64,000 bases of DNA from Uloborus diversus (taxonomy: Eukaryota): contig NC_072740.1 of assembly GCF_026930045.1 (NCBI RefSeq), forward strand, positions 29,364,384 through 29,428,383. The letters run 5' to 3'. Made by a program: the position numbers and the translations under genes. The notes beneath the pieces are model-generated. The model did no database searches. It worked only from the letters and a program-made list of their open reading frames with translations, and was not told the DNA's origin. Shown in pieces: positions 57,251 to 64,000 of this stretch (the first letter of the stretch is position 1; each line of letters begins with the position of its first letter).

Positions 57251-60200
57251 TAGAGTTCCTATAATAAGGATTCTAGTTGATACCATGGAGTCCATGGTTG
57301 ATACTTTCCTATGCTGGTGTTAATGTTTTTCTCTTTTGTATGGCAATATGTTTTGCCGGGCGGTGCTCGCTCTAATCTTTGTTTGTTTACATTGCAAATT
57401 GCAATCCGGCAAAGAGTGATGCAATGTCCATTATTAAGATACATCTTTGCATTTAATCAGAACTTCTTTGAAACGCTACACTTTAAGAGAGGAGAAAGGT
57501 ATACAAAAACTCAAAATCGATATTAGGAATGATGTCAAGTTCCCAAGGTATTTTATTTTGAGGATTCATATAAAACTTCACTGTATTATGCTAACATATG
57601 TGCTTCGGAACGTATATTCCCTGGGACATCACATTTGTTATTCATTGGTTATTTTACCCCAAATAACTACACAGCTTCCTGGAAATAAGCTATGTCATGT
57701 GAACCGATGCTGCAAAAAATCAAAAAATAAAATTTCGGTTCATTTAATGTGAATTAAGTTGTGTGTGTATATTCAAACTAGGGCAGGTTCGTCCCAAATT
57801 GCAGATATAATCGATCATTCCTCACAATATTTCAACCAGAACTTTTTACCCTTAAATTGAAGTTTAAAAGAAACGCTGCTGTCCTAAAGTAGGAATTTCT
57901 CTATGGTATAGCAGACCCGAAACCGAAAATATTCTTCAAACAAAGTTTGTTTTAAGCAGAATCGTTAAGCAGAGAAAAAACTGTACTGTTCAAAAATTAA
58001 AGGAAAATATTTGTGTTTCAGATGTGGGCAGGTGTTGATACTGATGATTGATTATACTATTTTAAAACTAAAATGAAAAAAAAATGAAGATTTTTAAAGG
58101 ATCATTTCCCCTTTACGCCTTTTTCTTCATCCTGTACAACACTTATAAAATAGAATGCTGTATCTTTTTACACTGTTGAAAAGAAGTAGCAGTACTTCTC
58201 TTCAAGGTGATAATATATATACACATATTTGAATATTCTCTGGTATTATTTTGACTTGAACGCAATAGGTATATTGTATTACAGAGAAACAATAGGTATA
58301 TTGTATTGTATTACAGAATTTGGAATGTTCCAAATACAGTCAGATGCCAAAAAACCCAAGCGAATGACTTGTTATTTGCTAGTGTATAAGCCATGTAAAG
58401 TTAAGTATGGGTTAAAGTACGACAGTCAACATGTCTTTACAAGTGAAAGAAGAAAAAAAGATCATCTTTATACTGCTGTGCTAAGCACAGATATGGTATC
58501 TGCACATTTTATCAAAATTGAGTTATTGTCACCTGGTAGTCATTAGTAATTTAATTGAACTTTCTCTCAAGTTTTTTGGCGATTTGTAAACGCAAAATAT
58601 TAATAAAAGCTTTAGAAAAAAAGTGGTATCTGCATATCTTGCGTAGTTTGCTAAGGATATTTGAACCTTAGTGACAAATATTAAGCCTTTAAAGGGGGGT
58701 CTGCAACACTTATTCCATTTTCCTTAGTAATCATGTAGATCATGCTTAGATCTGCGTACCCACAGTGTGAGGAGGGGGGGAGGGCACTGTACTACAGGGA
58801 CCTGTGGCTCTCTGTGGTGTAGAAGTCTAGTAGGCAGTTAGGAGGCCCTGCTGATTTTTTGCAGGGGGGGGGGGGAGGGAGCAAAATTTAAAGATCCTGG
58901 CCTGATGTAGATACAACTTTTATACTTTAATAAGGCAGCATTTAATAATCTAGCAGTTTATTGTAAGATAATACTAAAGTTTAGTTTGCCTATTAATCAA
59001 ATTATGGATATAGGTTAATTATAAAAGCTGCCTTGCATAAATGTTCATGTAAAAAATCAACTTTCTCTTTTTAAATATTTATTTTACAACTTTACTTTAA
59101 TGTACCCATGTACATAAACATTAAATATTCAAAGTAAGAATATGTAGCAAAACACATTAATGTGTCCATCAGCAATTTGTAATTGCTTCTATCTAAAAGC
59201 CCTTTTGTTGAAACGTGTCCCTTTTGCTAAAGATTGGGGGGTGATAAAGTGTCAGAGAAGACAATTCCACAATTGTTCGTAGGATCAGCACCATTATTCA
59301 AGGACTGAAAAAGAGAAAGAGGAATCTCTGAATTAAGGAAAAAAAAATCTATTCTGCATATAGTATAAAGCTAGTAAAAATATGCAACTGGATGTAAAAT
59401 TATGATCATCAAATTATTACTTTTTTAAAAACATTCGCGTAAAAAATGACTGAATCTGAAAGCATGGTTGTTAAAATTTCTAGTTGCAAACTATTACTAA
59501 TGAGCATTGAATGAATGAGGTTAAAGGGGGGGGGGAGGCGGAATCAAGCACATCAACCCCTGATCTATTGTACTATCCCCATGAGGACCCCTAGTAGAGT
59601 CCAATAGCTGAAACAAATTTCAGCAGTTGTCTAATTAAATATTAGGCAGTTCCCGGGAATTCACACAGTGATATCCTAAATGTTCGACTGTTTGTGCAGA
59701 ATAATAGTCACTATCAGATAGTAAATGAATTCAGCTTTCTTCTACCATTTAGCATCCTCTGCAACTAATCACTGTTTCTTTTGAACACTGGTTTAAAAAA
59801 ACAATGTAGGCTAAGAAATTTCTCAAATTTATCTGGCAAAGTGATATTATTCTTGACAAGGAAGCAATATTATGCCAGCGCATCATTTCATGAACACTGT
59901 CTCTTGATCTCACATTTTCATTCTGCTCTATATATCACAGTGCATTTGCAGCTTCAGAATAGTGAACAAAAACATTTTCTGATTCACCAGTTTCTTCTTG
60001 TGATCAATCATCTTATGGCTTAATCGGAAGTAAATAAATGAGTTCTTTATCTATATATAACTGATAGGCTTCGATATCGAAAGTCACCAGTTGTGTCTCC
60101 ACTAGCCTCGGGTACATTCAATAAATTCAATACAAAGGAGAGACAGATCATTGTTCTACTGCTTTTGAATCAAAGATGTTAAGAGATATTAGTACTGACA

Positions 60201-61107
60201 ATTTCCAGCTTACATTTTGTTTTTGCACATATTTCCCCCCTAATATTTTTATTAGAATTTTGGGTAATAGTCCAAATTTATTTTAATTTGAACAGGCATT
60301 AGTCCCTATTAGTTCAGATTGGCAATGTTCTACTGTGGCTTTGTTTTTCATACATTATAGTTAATACAGTATAACAGTTTAAAAGTGATAAATGTAAAAT
60401 GTATTTGGTGTGGCATAAAAGATATTTTTATTAAGTTGTATTAAGTAAAGAGATTCAATAGCAGTTTTATTACTTATGCTGTAAAATATACCTTACAGTA
60501 TTATTTTTTTAAGCATTTCCTGTTGTGCCTGCAATGGATTTGAAAAATGTGTATCTGAAGGAGACTCATTTGACATCAACTAAGAACTATATTCTTGAGG
60601 AATCAACTAAAGTAATTAGAGACTACATAGAGAAATATAAAGAGCTTGTTGATAAAAGGTATGGACTAGAGTATGTTATTATTATTATTATTATAACAGT
60701 TGTACCCCAATTTAACGAACCTCTATTAAACAAATTTCACTATTTAGCGAATTTTTTTTCTCTTTTATATTAACTTTAGATTTAACTCTTTTATATTAAC
60801 TGTTTCAATGGCTGTATCCATGTCATCGAAAAAGGCTGATTATTAAAGAAAATGATTAATAGAAAATTTCTATAGAATGAGTTAAAGCGGTGTATTAATT
60901 GTATTATTATGCACAATATGCTAAAATGACAATTATTTTTCATTAACTATGACCTTTGTTACTATGTTGTAGTAAGACTAAATATGTGAGTTGTTTTTGG
61001 GAAGTAGAATTTTCCAATTTTCATATTTAAGAAATATCTGATTGAAAATAAATTCGAAAGATGTTTTGCTATGTGCTTAAAAAATTGGATCTACTCAGGG
61101 CTGTGCT

Positions 61108-61900
61108 TAGGGGTGGTAAACTTCAAAATGAAGATGAATACATTATTTTGTCTAATATATTTACAAATTTTCGAAGTGACTATTTTTAGCCTTAACACAG
61201 AGCTTAAAAAATTTCACAAAAACTTGGGCCGTGGGCTGCAGCTCACTTACTGATAATTTATCCCATTCCTTGTATAAGGGTTTCCTTAGGAAAACCAAAG
61301 TTACATGAGGTTTGGCACACACACCCTTGTTTAATAATCATTCAGGTTCAAATCTAGGAAATACTTTTGGCTTCTTGAGCTCCAATAAAGTTCCGAAAAT
61401 GTGTCTAGTACCAATCTTAAGTGCTTTTGGCTCTGTGTGCAGGTGCTAAATACTGTTGGAAGGTCCATCTTTTGTTTCCAAAGAACTTTTGCAACCAAGA
61501 TAAGTCAGCACCTTCCAAAATGAGTTTGTGATATATTTCTTGATTAATCTATACCCCTTGATCAACAATAACAAGTGGTGTTTTCCCACCAGCACATATC
61601 CCACCCCAAACCATTACTTATTGGGGTCATTGACATCATTTAACAATACAAGAAGGTCTTGGAGACAAGGGTGTGTGCTAAACCTTATAAAACTTTGGCA
61701 TCCCTAACAAAATCCTTTTGCAAGGAATTGAATAAAATACTAGTAAGTGAGTTGTGGCCCATAGCCGAAAATTTGGGACACGTTTAAAGCTCTGTATTAA
61801 GGCTAAAGGTAGCCACTTTGAAAATTTGTAAATATGTTGGATAAAATAATGTATTTATATTAATTTTGAAGTTTGGTTGTAATATTTTCATTAGCATTAA
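61108..61900. pseudogene. Tc1/mariner-superfamily transposase remnant organised as a palindromic element with ~150-bp inverted ends
   Basis: Minus strand 61640 down to 61160 reads WTFQQYLAPAHRAKSTQDWY*..FPRFEPE*LLNKGVCAKPHVTLVFLRKPLYKEWDKLSVSELQPTAQVFVKFFKLCVKAKNSHFENL*, i.e. the FQQD.APAH.AK.TQ.W...RVC.KP...L..L...L...W......I...VKAKGG.T.Y block. Plus strand 61640-61845 repeats the C-terminal tail (TRVCAKPYKTLASLTKSFCKELNKILVSELWPIAENLGHV). 61108-61260 is the inverted repeat of 61747-61900. Confidence 0.55.
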
Positions 61901-64000
61901 AATTATAATGTATCATGTTTGTCCAAGTTATTTCTTGTCCCCCTGTTTATCAGTGATCTACAAGTCAATAAACTCCAACTGCATTCTTTCAGGTACTATC
62001 ATCAGTGTTAGAAAATATTTCTAACGATCACTCTCCAATGGCTAATTCTGCTGCTCAAATAATGGGCAATATGTATGATACTCCAGGAACAGGAGTGAAT
62101 GAAACAAATCTGGACACATTGGCTTATGGCCAAAAACCTAAATGGTGAACTAGGGAAATTTCGTATGGAAAAAAGGCCTTGGCGTATAAAACAAAGTACA
62201 TTTCCTGTTGATGATACAAAATTAATATATTAATCTTTTAGTTAAATGGCTTTCTTAACTAACCGTAGTACTTGCTGTTGCTAAAAATATTGGTCTTGAT
62301 TTATGCTCATTTGTTGTGTAGTAATAATTTGATCAATCTGATTTTTGACTTTTTAGAAGCTTGCAATCACTTTGAAATGTCTTGTTCCTGACAAATGATA
62401 AAACTGTTTTTGTGATTTTTCGGTAATTTTTGAAAGCCTGTGCAACAACACAATTTAGGAGGGAAGGTGCCTTAATCACTTCCCTCTACCTGTGAATCTG
62501 TACCTGTAAACAGTGGATTTTTGTTTATCATTGTCAATTTCTTCTTATAATTAATTTCAGTTAACTATTTCCTATTAGGTGGGAAACGAATCAGAATTTG
62601 TTGACGAAATTTCCTGTGGAAGAAGTGGATGCATATGCAGAGCATAGGCCAAAAAGGCTACGATCCTCAAAAGAGATATTTGCAGGTCAGTTAAATTTTA
62701 CTATGATGTTAGGATAATGTATTTTCATTAAACATAATAAATTGGACTGCATGTCCAAAATATGTTGCATAAAAAGCACAAGCTAACTACAACACAGTGA
62801 CACATTCCTGGAAAAACTTGAAAAATAAAAACTTCTCTGAAAAAATTGTGTTATGGCATTTTTTCGAATTTCTTTTTTGAATGAAATCAGCAGTGATTTT
62901 TGATTGAATAAAATAATGAAAGCGTCCTATCTTTAGTTTTTGTATAATTATTGCATTGATTCTCATAATTATAAGGTCAGCAGGTGCTATAAGGACGGCA
63001 TGAAAGCTATACAGTCGACGCTCGATATAACGACCATCTCCGTGCCAGAAAAAAAGGTCTTTATAATGAGTGGTCATTATAAGAGATAGAATTTTTTAAA
63101 AATATACGCATGCATCATGTATGTTCCGTTGTTCCAATACAATTGGCACTTTTTTAAAGATTCCAGTAAAATGTCCAAATTATTTTTTATCATGGGATTT
63201 TTCATTTTTAATTATGGGTGCAAAATATGACAAAATATTTCTAAGTAGAAAATATAGGAAAAATTGTATTACAGTGCTTACAAATCATTTATTTTCTGAA
63301 GATAAAATCAGAAAGAGTTGCTTTCCTTTGCACATATGATTTTTGCAAAACATAATTTTCCATTCAAAGAAACTAAAAAGTCTCTCGAGCATTTGAAACA
63401 TTTTTCATACTGGGAACTTTGGTCTCAATTTCTTCTTCTTCATCTGATCATGATATATTAATTTGTTTTTGTGCACAATATCGAGAGGTACTTCATTTTC
63501 TGACAGACACGTGTTTGACACATTATAAATCATAATTGATTTTAGCATAACAGTTAAAGTTTAACACTTCTACCAATTTCATTTTTTTTTTAGAAATTTT
63601 ATACATCATTTCATCTTTTTGATCGAAATTTTCATCTTGGATTGCCTGAAAAATCGTTTAAGCATTTTTCCTTTGCTTTTTAAAATCAACATGGTGGAGG
63701 CAATTCTTGATGGTCTTTTCTGAATTCCATGCTGATTTAGAAAGATGCAAAGCTGTAAGGATACCCACTTTGTAATCTTCACCTTCTTCCAGTCCGTAGA
63801 CGGTAATGTAGGTCATTTCAAGTTACATATTAGTAGCATTGGAAAAAACACCAGGAATAGTGTGAATCGCTGAATTCGGTCGCTGTATTGGATTAAATGA
63901 TGCAGAGCGGTCGTTATAGCGGAAGCAAATTAACATAGAGTTCATTGGAATAAAGTTGGGACTATTACCACTGGTCGTTATAATGGATTGGTCTTTATAA

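Noticed and set aside
63000-64000. Possible TIR pair (ggtctttataatgagtggtcattataag at ~63050 vs ggtcgttataatggattggtctttataa at ~63970)
   Set aside because: The similarity is short and partly low-complexity, and the window ends at 64000, so the structure cannot be evaluated.

Overview
This window is AT-rich (by eye, not computed) metazoan nuclear DNA, probably from an invertebrate. It is dense with transposable elements and I could not support any host protein-coding gene. There is no prokaryotic-type system here (no operons, CRISPR or RBS-led genes). Two LTR retrotransposons sit almost back to back, 372 bp apart, with a remnant of a pogo/Tigger-type DNA transposon in the gap between them. 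The first is an internally deleted BEL/Pao element (18348-23063) with identical 275-bp LTRs and an ATAAG target-site duplication. The second is a nearly intact Ty1/copia element (23436-29801) with ~1.05-kb LTRs, a tRNA-iMet primer-binding site, a CTGGT target-site duplication and a single frameshift in a G5 run. A candidate ~9-kb TIR DNA transposon spans 2780-11819, with perfect 14-bp terminal inverted repeats, subterminal 21-mers and GAGAA flanks. A nest of foldback-type elements with long inverted repeats occupies 37.2-44.3 kb. Two Tc1/mariner-superfamily transposase remnants are each arranged as a head-to-head partial palindrome (45.0-45.65 kb and 61.1-61.9 kb). Other features include a mariner-HTH-bearing deletion derivative with a related MITE, a LINE 3' remnant, a tRNA-Lys-derived SINE, a ~120-bp satellite family at four loci in opposing orientations, and several CpG-rich islands carrying CRE (TGACGTCA), E-box, CCAAT or NRF1-like motifs. 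G or C homopolymers of 10-16 nt are unusually frequent. All coordinates for repeats and TE remnants are approximate (counted by hand); LTR boundaries are exact to within a base or two.
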